From: Felis catus
Taxonomy: Eukaryota
Assembly: GCF_018350175.1 (NCBI RefSeq)
Contig: NC_058368.1
Coordinates: 208,570,001 to 208,634,000, forward strand
Length of the DNA: 64,000 bases
Reading direction: 5' to 3'
Shown: positions 26,450 through 40,055 of the stretch, piece by piece
Layout: each line of letters starts with the position of its first letter
How positions within the stretch are numbered: the first letter of the stretch is position 1
Notes under the pieces: model-generated
The model's input: the letters and a program-made list of their open reading frames with translations, nothing else
Database searches by the model: none
Told to the model about the DNA's origin: nothing
Translations under genes and position numbers: made by a program

Positions 26450-26952
26450 TAACTGAATATTCATCTAAAAATATACACAAGCATTTTCGATGTAACCTGG
26501 AAAGAAAATCTCTATATATGCTTTATATATGGAAATTCTAAGAGCTGGAGTACAAATATTCTAAGTATATTGCATTATATACATACACACATATACACAT
26601 ACACATGAGTAAAATGTTATAGTTAAAGATGTTTAATGTTATTAGTTTTATGTACTAAAATGATTATTGAAAACTTTAAAAAGGTTATATAAATAAGGGA
26701 ACAGTTTATAAATATTAAACTATTAATATAATATTAATATAAAATGAACTAATGCAAATATTAATAAAGAATGAATGATAATAAGATCATGATATCCTTT
26801 CTGAACCAAAGTATGTTTATAAAAATTCAAATAATAATATAAAGCAGACTAATAGTCAGCTATTTAATTTTATTTTTGGACACATTTTTTTTAAGAAAAA
26901 GTGCTGTTTTGGAATTCTTCATCTTTTTTAAGGTAAATTAAAACTATTATGT

Positions 26953-28023
26953 AGAAAGAGTTTGGAAGTTTTCTTTCCATTTCTATTTTTTGGAACAGTT
27001 TGAGAATAATAGGTATTAACTCTTCTTCAAATGTCTTGTAGAATTCCTCTTGGAAGTCATCTCATCTAAACTCTTGTTTGTTGGGAAATTTTTGATTATT
27101 GATTCAATATCTTTGCTGGTTATGGGTCTGTTCAAATTCTACTTTCTCCCTGTTTCGGTTTTGGTAGTTTGCGAGTTTCTAAGAATTTTCCCATTTCTCC
27201 CAGATTGCCTAGTTTGCTGGCATATAATTTTTCACAGTATTCTCTAATGATTGTTTGTATTATGATCTCTCCTCTTTAATTCATGATTTTATCTAACTGG
27301 GTCCTTTCTCTTTTCTTTTTGGTAAGTCTGGCTAGGGGGTTTATCAATTTTGTTAATTCGTTCAAAGAACCAGCTCTTAGTTTCATTGATCTGTTCTACT
27401 GGTTTTTTGTTTGTTTGTTTGTTTGTTTCTATATCCTTTATTTCTGCTCTAATCTTTATTATTTCCCTTTTGCTGGCTTTAGGCTTTATTTGCTATTCCT
27501 TTTCTACCTCCTTCAGGTATAAGCTTAGGTTGTGTATTTGGACCTTTCTTGCTTCTTGAGATAGGCCTGAATTGCAATACACTACCCTCTTAGGACGGCC
27601 TTTGCTGCATCCCAAAGCATTTAGATGTCGTGTTTTCGTTTTCATTTGCTTCCATGTATTTTTTTTTTATTTCTTCTTTAATTTCTTGGTTAAGCCATTT
27701 ATTCTTTAGTAGGATGTTCTTTAACCTCCATGTATTTGAGGGCTTTCCAAATTTTTTCTTGCGGTAGACTTCAAGTTTCATAGCATTGTGATGTGAAAAT
27801 ATGCATGGTATGATCTCAATCTTTTTGTACTTGTTGAGGGCTGATTTGTGACCTAGTATGTGGTCTATTCTGGAGAGTGTTCCATGTTAACTTGAAAAGA
27901 ATTTACATTCTTCTGTGTTAGGATGAAATGTTCTGAATATATCTGCTAAGTCCATCTGGTCCAGCATGTCATTCAAAGCATTGGTTTCCTTGTTGATTTT
28001 CTGCTTAGATGATCTGTCCATTG
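26953..28023 (-). mobile_element. Inverted 5' segment of a carnivore L1 (ORF2 endonuclease-to-RT region)
   Basis: Minus-strand ORF 27590-27781 (NTWRLKNILLKNKWLNQEIKEEIKK) is L1 ORF2. Shares a TSD with the plus-strand part. Confidence 0.92.
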
Positions 28024-29961
28024 CCAGCATTCCCTTGATTCCCAAACCAGACAAAGACCTCACTAGAAAGGAGAATTATAGGACAATATCCCTGATGAAC
28101 ATGGATGCAAACACTCTCAACAAGATACTAGCAAACTGAATTCAATGGTACATTAAAAGATTTATTCACCATGATCAAGTAGTATCTATTCCTGGGCTGC
28201 AGTGCTGGTTCAGTATTCACAAATCAACGTGATACATCACATTAATAGAAGAAAGGAAAAGAACCATATGATCCTGTCAATAGATGCAGAAAAAGCATTT
28301 GACAAAACAGCATCCATTCTTTATAAAAACCCCTCAACAAAACAGGGATAGATGAAACATACCTCAACATCATAAAGGTCATATACGAAAGACCCACAGA
28401 TAGTATCATCCTCAATGGGGAAAAACTGAGAGACTTTCCCACAGAGTCAGGAACAAGAAAAGGATGTCCACTCTCATCATTACTATTTAACATAGTACTG
28501 GAAGTCTTAGCCTCAATCAGACAGCAAAAAGAAATAAAAGGCATCCAAATGGGCAAGAAAGAAGTCAAACTTTCACTATTTGCAGACAACATGATACTCT
28601 AGGTAGAATACCTGAAAGATTCCACCAAAAAAACTGCTAGAACTAATACATGAATTCAGCAAAGTCACAGGAATAAAATCAACATGCAGAAATCTGTTGT
28701 GTTTCTATATACCAATAACAAGGCAGCAGAAAAAAAGAAATCAAGGAATGAATCCCATTTACAATGGCATCAAAAACAATAAGATACCTAGGAATAAACC
28801 TAACGAAAGAGGTAAAAGATCTGTACTCTGAAAACTATAGAACACTTATGAAAGAAAATGAAGAGGACACAAAGAAATGGAAAAGCATTCCATGCTCATG
28901 GATTGGAAGAGCAAACATTGTTAAAATGTCTATACTACCCAAAGCAATCTACACATTTAGTGCAATCCCTGTCAAAATACCACCAGCATTTTTCACAGAG
29001 CTAGAACAAACAATCCTAAAATTTGTATAGAACCATAAAAGACCCCAAATAGCCAAAGCAGTCCTGAAAATGAAAAACAATACTGGAGGCATAAAGATTC
29101 CAGATTTCAAGCTATATTACAAAGCTGTAGTCATCAAGACAGTGTGATACTGGCACAAAAACAGACAGATCAATGGAACAGAATAGAAAACCCAGAATTG
29201 GACCCACTATTATATGGCCAATTCATTTTAAACAAAGCAGGAAAGAATATCCAATGGAAAAGAGTCTCTCCAACAAATGGTGTTGGGAAAACCGGACTGG
29301 ATGGCAGCATGCAGAAGAATGAAACTGGGCCACTTTCTTACACCATACATAAAAATAAATTCTAACTGTGAGATAGGAAACCATAAAAATCCCAGAGGAG
29401 AGCACAGGCAGTAACTTCTTTGATCTTGGCCACAGCAACTTCTTACTAGACACATCACTGAAGGCAAGGGAAACAAAAGCAAACATGAACTATTGGGACT
29501 TCATCAAGATAAAAAGCTTCTGCATAGAGAAGGAAACAATCAACAAAACTAAAAGGCAGCCAATGGAATGGGAGAAGGTATTTGCAAATGACATATCTGA
29601 TAAAGGGTTAGTATCCAAAACCTATAAAGAACTTATCAAACTCAACACCCAAAAAACAAATAATCCAGTGAAGAAATGGGCAGAAGACATGAATAGACAA
29701 TTTTCCAAAGAAGATATCCAGATGACTAACAGACACATGAAAATATGCTCAACACTGCCCATTGTCAGGGAAATACACATCAAAACCACACTGAGATACT
29801 GCCTCACACCAGTCAGAGTGGCTAAAATTAACAATACAAGAAACAACAGGTGTTGGCGAAGATATGAAGAACGGGGAACCCTCCTGCACTGTTGTAAGGA
29901 ATGCAAACTGGTGCAGCCACTCCGGAGAACAGTATGGGGGTTCCTTAAAAAACTAAAAATA

Positions 29962-30177
29962 GGGGTGCCTGGGTGGCTCAGTTGGTTAAGCGTCCAACTT
30001 CGACTCAGGTCACGATCTTGCAGTCCGTGAATTCGAGCCCCACATCAGTCTCTGTGCTGACAGCTCAGAGCCTGGAAACTGCTTCAGATTCTGTGTCTCC
30101 CTCCTTCTCTGCCCCTCCCCTGCTTGTGCTCTGTCTCTCTCAAAAATAAATAAACCTTAAAAAAAAAAAAAAAACAC
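29962..30177 (+). mobile_element. CanSINE nested in L1
   Basis: Full SINE. TSD ctaaaaatag (29953-29962) / ctaaaagtag (30178-30187). Confidence 0.95.
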
Positions 30178-30360
30178 CTAAAAGTAGAATTACCCTATGA
30201 GCCAGAAATTGCACTGTTAGGTATTTACCAAAATGATACAAAAATACAGATTCAAAGGGGTGCATGCACCCCAATGTTTATAGAAGCATTATCAACAATA
30301 GCAAAACTATGGAGAGGGCCCAAATCTCCATCAACTGATGAATGGAAAAAGAAAATTTAG

Positions 30361-30363
<3 letters not shown>

Positions 30364-30412
<49 letters not shown>
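30364..30412. repeat. (CA)n microsatellite inside L1
   Basis: Perfect CA run. Confidence 0.97.
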
Positions 30413-30414
<2 letters not shown>

Positions 30415-31560
30415 AATATTACTCTACCGTCAAAAAGAATGAAATCTTGCCATTTGCAAAGAAGTGGATGGAGCTAAATGTATTATGCTAAGAGAATTAA
30501 ATCAATTAGAGAAAGACAAATACCATACGATTTCACTCATATGAGAGTGAAACAAAACACACTCTTGTTTAAGAAAACAGATGAACACAAGAGACTCTTC
30601 TAACTATAGAGAACAAACTGAGGACTGATAAAGGGAATTGGGTGGAGGATGGGCTAGATGTGTGATGGGCATTAAGGAGGGCACTTGTCATGAGCACCGG
30701 ACGTTGTATGTAAGTGATGAATCACTAAATTCTACACCTGAAACCAGTATGTCAACTAAATACAATTCAAATTAAAAAAAAAAAAAAACTATTATGTTAA
30801 CTCTGCCACCTTAAAATTTCACAGTGAGAAGAAGTTCCTAAATCATGTACCATGCATCCATAATAAGCCAACAGACCATCTTTTCCAGACATAATAAGAA
30901 TATAAATCATAGAAGAAGTTGTTAGAGAAAATGGGCTCATATGACACACTTTATTTTCACTAATCCAACTTTAAAATTATAAACTTTGTAAGAATTCTCT
31001 AAGAAGGCAATTCTTTATAGTCTTTGAGTTTATAGAAGTTATCATTGTAAATAAACAGTTTATTGAATTATTGCTATAGCTACTAGTCCTTTAAGGCAGT
31101 CAAGGATTTTTGAGATTTGCTAAAGTTATGAATCTTGGATAAAAAGTCCTTCTAGAAAACACACCATTGAAACCTTTTCCTGAATTATATTCTGCTGTGC
31201 ACAATGGCTGGTGACATTATTAAATGTACCAATTGAAAGTGGCCCTCTCGTTAGTGCAGAAGAGCAGCTGAAAGAACTGTGTAGCAGTTGCCATCTCTGA
31301 GAAACTGCTATAATGTTCAATAGAGTATAACAAAGTTTTAGTGTTTGACTATTAACTATTAAACATAAAACTATGATAATAACTTAAACATTTGTATCCA
31401 ATTTCAGGCTTCTTATAGTCCAGAAATTATCTCAATGACTGTGATATTTGACTATAGGCTCTGCCTCATCAGAATATTTTCATCCTCAGCTATTTGCTAT
31501 TTAGAACTGCAATCAGTGTGTCCCAAACATGTAAGTATTATATGTTCGAGACAGATGTGT

Positions 31561-32096
31561 GTGTCTGTTAGGATGTTTTTAACTGCATGAAACAGACATC
31601 CCTACACAAATTAGCTTTTCAAAAGTGGGCATGGGAAGAGAAATTACTGGCTCACATGCCTGAAGAGTGTGAGGTGATGCATAATGTTGGCTCAAGGATG
31701 TGAAGAGGGCCTGGTGTTTCTCTCACCGTTGCCATCTCTACTTCTTAGCTCCCTTAGCTCCATCTCATTTCCCTCTTTATGATGCAAAGATGGCTGCCAA
31801 CAGTCCCTGAAGCCACTTGCTTCTACATTAGCAAAAAGGTAAGAAGGAAGTCAGTCTGTCCCAACAGTGCTCAGCAAAAGTCATGAAGTACACCCTGCTA
31901 GATGTATGCTTACATGATGTGTTCACCTCTCCAACATCACTGTGGTCAGGAGGATACCGCATAATTATTTGCTTATATCCCTGGAGGTGGGAAAAGGTCA
32001 AACCAAAGTGGTAATTTCCAAAGGAGTTGTGGGGTGTCATTACCAAGAATTAGGAGAAATTGATGTCGGTCAGCAAACAATAGGTGTTAACCACAA
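31561..32096 (-). mobile_element. Old MLT1 (K/L-like) LTR
   Basis: gttaggatgtttttaactgcatgaaacaga...gcaaagatggctgcc...aaccaca. Confidence 0.6.
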
Positions 32097-33024
32097 CATG
32101 GAACCATACTTTCCATTGTTAAAATATAAATGATATATATTATAAATGATTATAAATGATAAATAGAGCATGACCCCAATTTTGATGTACAGATTTCTAC
32201 GTGAAATATCTTTTGGCTTCAGTTATTTAACAAATTCTTTCTTTTTGGTTTTATAGATGTTTGTACCATTTCACTGTTAGAATCAATACATTAGCTAGCA
32301 TGATTGTATACAAATTCTTACATGTATATACAATGGTCATAATAAATTCCTAAAAATTCAATTGTTGAGTTAAAAAAACAATCACCAATTGGGTTTTTGC
32401 ACATCTTGCCTTCCCCAAAAGTTATACTTCCAGCAGCAGAGTACAGCAATGCCAGCTTCCAGTAATATCACTCACCAAGTCAACAGGTAAAAATAACATC
32501 TCATTGTTGAAACATCTAACTTTTTGAGCACTACTAAAGATGGAATTATTCTGATATCAGTTATCCAATGATATTTAATTTTTTATCTATTAACATTTAA
32601 TTAGTTGTTTGCTGATATCCTGGCTGTTCATTTCTCATTTTGCTCATCTTTACATATTAAAGATAGTAAACTTTGTCATATGTTGTAATTTTTGTTTCAT
32701 TTGTCATTTTCTTTTTCTTTTTGTTTATGGTGGAGTTTAGTTGTTTGTTGCTTTTCTATATAGAAGTTCTACATTTTGACATGATCAAAATTACAAAGTA
32801 TTTCTTTTAACATTTCTGTCTTAAATGTCCTTTTGAGAAATAACCTTCCTTATCCCACTTACTTCAATTTTTTAATTATATTTTCTTCTAGCATATTCAT
32901 TGTTTCATATTTTACTTTTAAGTCTTTAATTCATCTAGAATTTACTTTGTTGTGAGATATGAGGTCAGGCCATAACCTTACTTTTTTCTAAGTGGCTAAA
33001 TAGGATTCCTAACATTGTTGTTCC

Positions 33025-33300
33025 AGGTGGTGATTAAGAAGGCTGGCTCTCAAATAAACATTGAAAAAAAAATTAAAAAAAAAAAAAAAAAAAGAAGGCT
33101 GGCTCTGAAACCAGACTGGTGGGTTTGTGGCCTTCAGAAGTCAGCCCTCTTTTCTATATCCCATCTACAAATAGAGATGAAAATAATGGCACCTACACTT
33201 CATAGGGTGGTTTCAACTGTGAAACGTGTTAAAGAACATGGAAAATTTGAAATACTGCCCAGAGCATAGCAAATGTTAGACACTGTTGTTACTACTATTT
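33025..33300 (+). mobile_element. MIR, interrupted by a SINE tail
   Basis: gtggtgattaagaaggctggctctgaaaccagact...catctacaaatagagatgaaaataatggcacctacacttcatagggtgg. Confidence 0.75.
33051..33091 (+). mobile_element. Extremely 5'-truncated CanSINE (3' end and poly(A) only)
   Basis: caaataaacattg plus A run between perfect TSDs aagaaggctggctct (33036-33050 / 33092-33106). Confidence 0.85.
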
Positions 33301-33619
33301 ATTGAAAGATCTATCATTTGTCCTCTTGAGGTATTACCTTGGTGAAGTACTAAATATTTATCTCTATGTGGGTCTCTTTCCAGAATTTTTGTTTTCTGCT
33401 ATTGGCTAGTCGGTTTACTTTTGCCTCTCTGCTGATTTTAAAAGGATTCATAACAATATTTCTGAAATCAGCAGAATGAATTTGTGACTTCTTCAGATAG
33501 CTTGGTATCTTGTTCTTATAAGCACTAGGAGTCATTTCTTTCCTATGTATCATGTCAATCTTGCAGGAGTCAGCTCTTATCACTAAGCTCTATGGATACC
33601 CCTTTGTGCTTAATTAGCT

Positions 33620-33815
33620 TATTCAGACTCAACTCTTCCACTTACTAGCCATGTACCTTGGGCACGTTACCTCAACTCTCTTTGCTTTATTCGTAAAGTG
33701 GGGGTAATAATAGTTATGATCTCCTAGAACTCCTGTGAGGATTAAATGAAGTGATGCATGTAAATCATATAGTACAGTGAACATAATAATCCTTAAATAA
33801 TTGTTAGTTGTTAAT
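33620..33815 (+). mobile_element. MIR remnant
   Basis: ccacttactagccatgtaccttgggcacgttacctc...tgtgaggattaaatga. Confidence 0.8.
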
Positions 33816-34035
33816 TTATTTTATTATTTTATTAAACCAAAGTTTCTTCTTCAATAAAGGGCCTGGCAAGTATTGAACATAAGTAGTCAGGATATAAGGG
33901 ATACAGAGAAAAGAAGGCCAATGGTATTTTTTAATTAAAGTTATAATTTTTCCACTTAATATATAATTAATAGCATCCCAAATAGTACCTTGTACATAGC
34001 ACAAAAAATTGCTTAAAATTTAAAAAGTGCTCAAT

Positions 34036-34286
34036 GGGGCGCCTGGGTGGCGCAGTCGGTTAAACGTCCGACTTCAGCCAGGTCACGATCTCGCGGTCCG
34101 GGAGTTCGAGCCCCGCATCAGGCTCTGGGCTGATGGCTCAGAGCCTGGAGCCTGTTTCCGATTCTGTGTCTCCCTCTCTCTCTGCCCCTCCCCCGTTCAT
34201 GCTCTGTCTCTCTCTGTCCCAAAAAAAATAAATAAACGTTGGGAAAAAAAAAATTTTTTAAAAAATAATAAATAAATAAATAAATA
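34036..34286 (+). mobile_element. Young felid CanSINE
   Basis: CpG-retaining body (gcgcagtcggttaaacgtccg...tcgcggtccgggagttcgag). TSD aaaaagtgctcaa (34022-34034 / 34287-34299). Confidence 0.96.
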
Positions 34287-34430
34287 AAAAAGTGCTCAAA
34301 AAAATGTTGAACTGGCAAATATAAAGAAATCATATTGTCTTTCTATCCGTGCAATGCTGAGGATCTCATGTGAAGTAAATACTGAGAAAGAAAAACTTCA
34401 CTAATAATGTTCCTTAAGAAATGTAAATTA

Positions 34431-34659
34431 GGGGCACCTGGGTGGCTCTGTCAATTAAGCGGCGACTTCCTCTCAGGTCATGATCTCACGTTCACGGTTT
34501 CCTGAGTTTGAGCCCCACACTGAGCTCTGTGCTGACAGCTCAGAGCCTTGAGCCTGCTTCAGATTTTGTGTCTCCCTCTCTCTCTGCCCTTCCCCCCCCA
34601 CCGCTTGTACTGTCTCTCTCTCTCTCTCTCAAAAATAAACATTAAGAAAACAAAAAAAT
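34431..34659 (+). mobile_element. CanSINE
   Basis: Full SINE. TSD atgtaaatta (34421-34430) / atataaatta (34660-34669). Confidence 0.94.
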
Positions 34660-36002
34660 ATATAAATTAATAAAATAGTATTAAGATTCTTGTTCAAGGC
34701 TTCTGGTACAACTTTTCCCCATGATCATCACATATTTATACATATATACAAGAGAGAGATAGTAAAAAGAGAAAAAATGCTTAGGGATTAGTAGAGCAAT
34801 AATCCCATTTTCTTCAGACCTGTGTTCTTTGCAAGCATGTCCACAGACTAATCACCCTCTTTTATAATCTATATAACATGCATTCATGTGTGTATGTGCA
34901 TATACTTACACAAATAGGCATTTGTGTAATGCCAATTGCACAAATAGGCATTTCTTGACATTTTAAACCATTCCAGATTGGCTCAATTCCAGTTAATCAC
35001 ATTAAAATGTCAAGAAACTAAGTATCAAAGATACAATCTAGTCCCTCTTGAACTCATTTACTTGTTCTTTAAAAAAAAAAAAAAGATACAGCAGGAAGCA
35101 GCTGACCACTCCCTTCCTTTCAGCAGGCAGTCTATGTCTTCTTGTTTTCTCTGGGCAGGCTCTTTTACCATGTAAAAAGATGGAGAGGCAGAGAATCACA
35201 AACTCATATGAGAGAAGGTGTGGTCATGCATGCTATTTTGTCCTGAGGTTTAAAGTGCTGAGGCAAGGCCACAGAGAAAGACACTGTGAGTCTCCAACTC
35301 TGAGTCATCTTGGGGGTGCCAGTAGCATCTGAGATGTTATGCCAAAGAATCATTAGGAACCAAAACATTAAAATCACTCCAATGTGAGTGTGAAACTCAA
35401 TCTTCTTGACTTTTGGAGGAGACTTGTTTCCTTTACAATTCCACCATTTTCAATGCCAGTAATTGCACACTGGATCAAAAGACTGATGAGGAGTGGAATT
35501 GGAAACCTGGAGATAATTTAAGAATAGCTTAGGTAACTAGACCCAGTCTTTGAAGAAGAACTCTATGGGGGAGGTCTTAAATGATCTGAAGGCTTGACCA
35601 CAATTACTTAGACACCACCACAGAATAAGAAAACACCACTTATGTTTACATGGCATCTAAAAATTCAGCTATGTCAGCTAGAGTTGATTTTTACAGCCAT
35701 TTTCACAAGTGATTTAAGTCACTAACTAATTGGCAAATGTTCAATTCCCATCCACTCTGGTTATCTAGGTCAAAAGAAATAAACCTGTCAATGCAGCCAG
35801 AATCAGAGAATTTCTTTACTGCTCTGTGAGACATGTTCCTCTGCTATACTGAATCAAATAATACACTTTTCATAGTCAACTCAGTATTTAAAGGTAGATG
35901 TACTTCCTACTTAATATGTAGCTTTATGTTTTAAATTTCATTTAAGACAAACTCCTGAAGTCCAAGGGCCTTTTTCTAAAGATTTGTTAAGAAAAATACA
36001 TA

Positions 36003-36009
36003 GATGATT

Positions 36010-36043
<34 letters not shown>

Positions 36044-36066
36044 CAGATAGATAGGTAGATAGATAG
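36003..36066. repeat. Compound (GAT)n-(GATA)n microsatellite
   Basis: Read directly from the sequence. Confidence 0.93.
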
Positions 36067-36129
36067 AACATAGGAACCATTTAATGAATATGCCCCAGGT
36101 TAAAAAAGTAAAATATAATTTTATACATA

Positions 36130-36860
36130 TTCATTAATTTGTTATTCATTCATTGCACACATTTTATTAAATGCAAGTCACTGTTCAGGCATTGAAGATC
36201 AAACAGTGATCCAGAAGACAAATATTTTTCTCTGCCCTTGCTGGAGCTTCTAGTCTAATAGAGGAAATTGCAAAGAATTATATAACCTCACAAGCAAATA
36301 CAGAATTCACTAGGCCAAGTGAGTACAAATGGGAGAAAAACAGACAGGAGGATCTGAAAAAGCCAAGGAGGTAAGGGAGGTCTTCTCTGAGAAGTGATAG
36401 TTGAGGTGATCTCTGAAAGGAGAAAAGGATAGGCAATGACTAGGTAAAAACAGGAAGAAAGGATAGCTCAGGTAAAGGGATCACCACGTGCAAAGGCTAT
36501 ATAGCAGAAGAAAGCAAAGAGGGTAGATATTAAAAACAGTCATTGGAACACTAAGAAGTAGGGGGTAGGGTACAAGATAGAGCTGGAGAACCATGCTCAG
36601 AAGTTTTGTCTATACTTTAAGACCAATGGGAATGCATTGAAAGAATCTAAGCAGGAGTGTAACATGGTTAGAATTACATTTTAGTAATAATTAGTCTGGA
36701 TGTAATATAGAGATTGGCTTAGAGGGAGGCCAGAGGGCCTATGGGGAAACCAGCTAGAATATCAGGAATAAGCTATTGCTGTTCTGGCAATGATGGTAGC
36801 TTAGATCAAGATTGTACCAGTGGGGATGGGTCAAAGAAAACACCACCAGACTTGAATCAG
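36130..36860 (-). mobile_element. L2 remnant
   Basis: Starts with an antisense L2 3' end (attcattcattgcacacattttattaaatgc), then ctggagcttctagtcta and a purine-rich body. Confidence 0.7.
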
Positions 36861-37207
36861 ACTTGAAGGAGGAGAGAGGCATATGGAATATGCTTATGTA
36901 ATAAAACTAACTGCTTTTGGAGGTGGGAGGGTAGGTTAAAACAATACAATACTTCATAAGGCCAAATATTGTTCATGACACAGACAACTGACATTCTAAA
37001 TCTAAATAAGTCTAAATCCAGAATTGTGACTACTTTATGTTGCTCTGAGGTCTTACACTGGCCTCCTAGAGCCAGTCTAAGAATAAACTCCAAGATACAG
37101 GGGAGGGTCTACTTCTGGCTAAAGATATAGAAAGGCATAATGACTATCACTTTCATCATAACAAAAGATAATAACAGATAAACGATAAACTAAAAATTAT
37201 ATTTTTC

Positions 37208-37373
37208 AGGGTGCCTGGGTGGCTCAGTTGGTTGAGCGTCTGACTTTTGAATTTGGTTCAGGTCATGATCTCACAGTCATGGGTGTGAGTCCCACATAGG
37301 GCTCTGTACTGACAGAATGGGTCCTGCTTGGGATTCTCCTTCTCCCTCTCTCTCCGCCCCTCCCCTGCTCATG

Positions 37374-37438
<65 letters not shown>

Positions 37439-37456
37439 ATGAAAACAATACACATA

Positions 37457-37500
<44 letters not shown>

Positions 37501-37502
37501 AT
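37208..37502 (+). mobile_element. CanSINE with (CA)n(CT)n tract and (TAAA)n tail
   Basis: TSD attatatttttc (37196-37207 / 37503-37514). Confidence 0.95.
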
Positions 37503-39124
37503 ATTATATTTTTCTCTAAAGCCATCAAAGGCTTTAGACCACTAGACATGCATACAAGTGTAAATAAACTAATTCCAGAGAGGGACTTGCCATTCAAAGA
37601 AGAGCGCAAAGTGGTGGTTATTTTCATACTTGGGACAAATTGCCTAGCCTGAGTACAGGCAGGTAGAAAAGTAAGCCTGACATAGACAAAATAAGTTTGC
37701 TGGAATGAAAAGAAATCAAAGGAACTTTTAACAACAGTGTGGGCTAGCATGAAACACTGAAATCTGAAACACAAAAGTACATCTTCCAAAACAACAATTC
37801 TACCTCATGGGAATTCTGCTGAGTCAGAAGCAGTTGGGGCAGAGCTCAGAGGTAAAGAGAAATTTCCCAGTCCCTTCTGCATGTAGGTTCCAGAACCCTT
37901 CTGGAGTTGAATCTGGAGGTGAAATCAAACTAACTAAAACTTCAACCAAATCCCCTTCTAGTTCAAATCTTAAAAATTCCAAACAGATCAGCCCCTAGAT
38001 ATGAAGGAAGAAGTTGGAGGTGAGGCTGAAAGGCTAAGAGAAATCTTCATAATTTCATTGCCAAAAGGCAAACTAAAATTAATTAAACTTGTATTCCAGT
38101 CCCAGTTCAGCTAAACTCATGATAGGAACTAGATAAAAATTCCCTTCCCAAACTTCAAGACAGAGGAAAGGGGAAAGCCATCTCTGGGAAAAAACAAAAC
38201 AAAAATATGCAATCTTCTTTTATGCAAAATGTCTGACATACAGTAAAAAATTATGAGATACACAAATAAGAAAGAAAATGTGTCCAAAATCAAAAAAAAA
38301 AAAAAAGAAAATAGTCAACAGAGGAAACCCCTGATGGCCAGATATTGCAATAAGTAGATGAGGTCTCTAAAATATGTTAAAGATTATGTTAACTATATTA
38401 AAGTTAGACAAGGATAGGTGAACAAAAGAAACTAAAGAGAAACTAAAGCTCTAAAGAAGACCTAAAGTGAAATTCTAGAATAGAAAAATATGATATCTGA
38501 AACAAAGAATGTAATAAATAAGCTTAAAAGCAGATTGAAACAACAGAAAAATCAGTGAGCCCAAAGATAAGTCAACAGAAAATAGCCCAAGTGAAGTACA
38601 AAAGGAAAGAAGAATTAAAATACTAAACACAGTGTCAGAGATACATGGGTTAATACCAAAGGATAACTGGAACACTCAGAGTTACACCCTCTTTCAAAAT
38701 GGAATTTAATTAGAAGTTGATAATAAATTCATAATTAGAAAAACCCTCAAATATTTAGAATTTGAACTACATACTTCTAAAAAACTCCATGGGTCAAAGA
38801 AGAAATGAAATAGAATTTGTAAAATATTTTGTACTGAATGATAATAAAAACACAAACATCAAAATTTGTGAGATGCAGCTGAAGCAGTGCTTACAGGAAA
38901 AGTGATAGCTTTAAATGCACATATGAGAAAGAAAGAAATTATTTAAAACAAAGAATAAAAGGCATAAAGATTGATGAGTAAGAAATGATATTTCACTCTT
39001 TGTTTCTGACAATATAATTATGTATGTAGAAAATCCAAAGAATCAACAAACAAGCTACTTAGGGCTAAGGAGTGAATCTGCAAGGTCACAGGATACAATG
39101 GCAACATATAGAAATCAATTGTAT

Positions 39125-40003
39125 GGGGAAATGACAGTCTCTTCAATAAATGGTTCTGGGAAAACTGGACAGCTACATGCAAAAGAATGAAACTGGACCA
39201 TTTTCTTACACAATACACAAGAATAAACTTAAAAATGGATTAAAGACCTAAATATGAGACTCAAAAATAAAACTCCTATAAGAAAATGGACAGTAATCTC
39301 TCTGACACTGGCCTTACCAACATTGTCTATATATGTCTCCTCAGGCAAGGGGAACAAAAACAAAAGTAAACTAGTGGGACTACACTAAAAATAAAAAGCT
39401 TTTACACAACGGAAGAGACATCAACAAAACAAAAAGGCAACCTACTAAATGGGAGAAGATACTTGCAAATGACATACCCGATAAGGAGTTAATATCCAAA
39501 ACACAAAAAGAACTTATACTATCCAACAACAACAAAAAAAGTCCTATTTAAAACTGGGAAGATGACCTGAATAGACATTTTTCTAATGACATACAGATGG
39601 CCAACAGACAAGTGAAAAGATGCTCAATATCAATAATCACAAGGCAAATGCAAATCAAAACCACACTGAGATGCTACCTCACACTAGTCAGAATGAATAA
39701 TATCAAAAAGACAGAAATAAGTGTTGGAGAGGATGTGAACAAAAGGGAACCTTCATGCACTGTTCATAGGAACGTAAACTGGTACAGCCACTGTGGAAAC
39801 AGTACCTTCCTCAAAAAGTTAAAAATAGAAATACACACAATCCAGTAATTCCACTACTGGGTATTTACCCAAAGAAAATGAAAACACTAATTTGAAAAGA
39901 TATATTCACTCCTATGTTGACTGCAGCATTATTTACAATAGCCAAGATAGAGAAGCAACCCAAGTGTGCATCAATAGATGAATGGGTAAAGAATATGTGC
40001 TAG

Positions 40004-40055
<52 letters not shown>

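Larger units (their letters stand above)
28024..30784 (+). mobile_element. Carnivore L1, ORF2 RT/C-terminal region and 3' UTR (disrupted)
   Basis: ORF2 peptides at 28764-29030 and 29485-29960, 3' UTR and poly(A). TSD aaaactattatgt (26940-26952 / 30785-30797). Confidence 0.95.
32200..33540 (-). mobile_element. Ancient L1 (L1ME-like) remnant, interrupted by a MIR
   Basis: T-rich antisense L1 text (gtctttaattcatctagaatttacttt; ttattgaaaga...gggtctctttccag). Confidence 0.6.

Noticed and set aside
29485..30030. 181-aa ORF
   Set aside because: A fragment of disrupted L1 ORF2 reading into the nested SINE.
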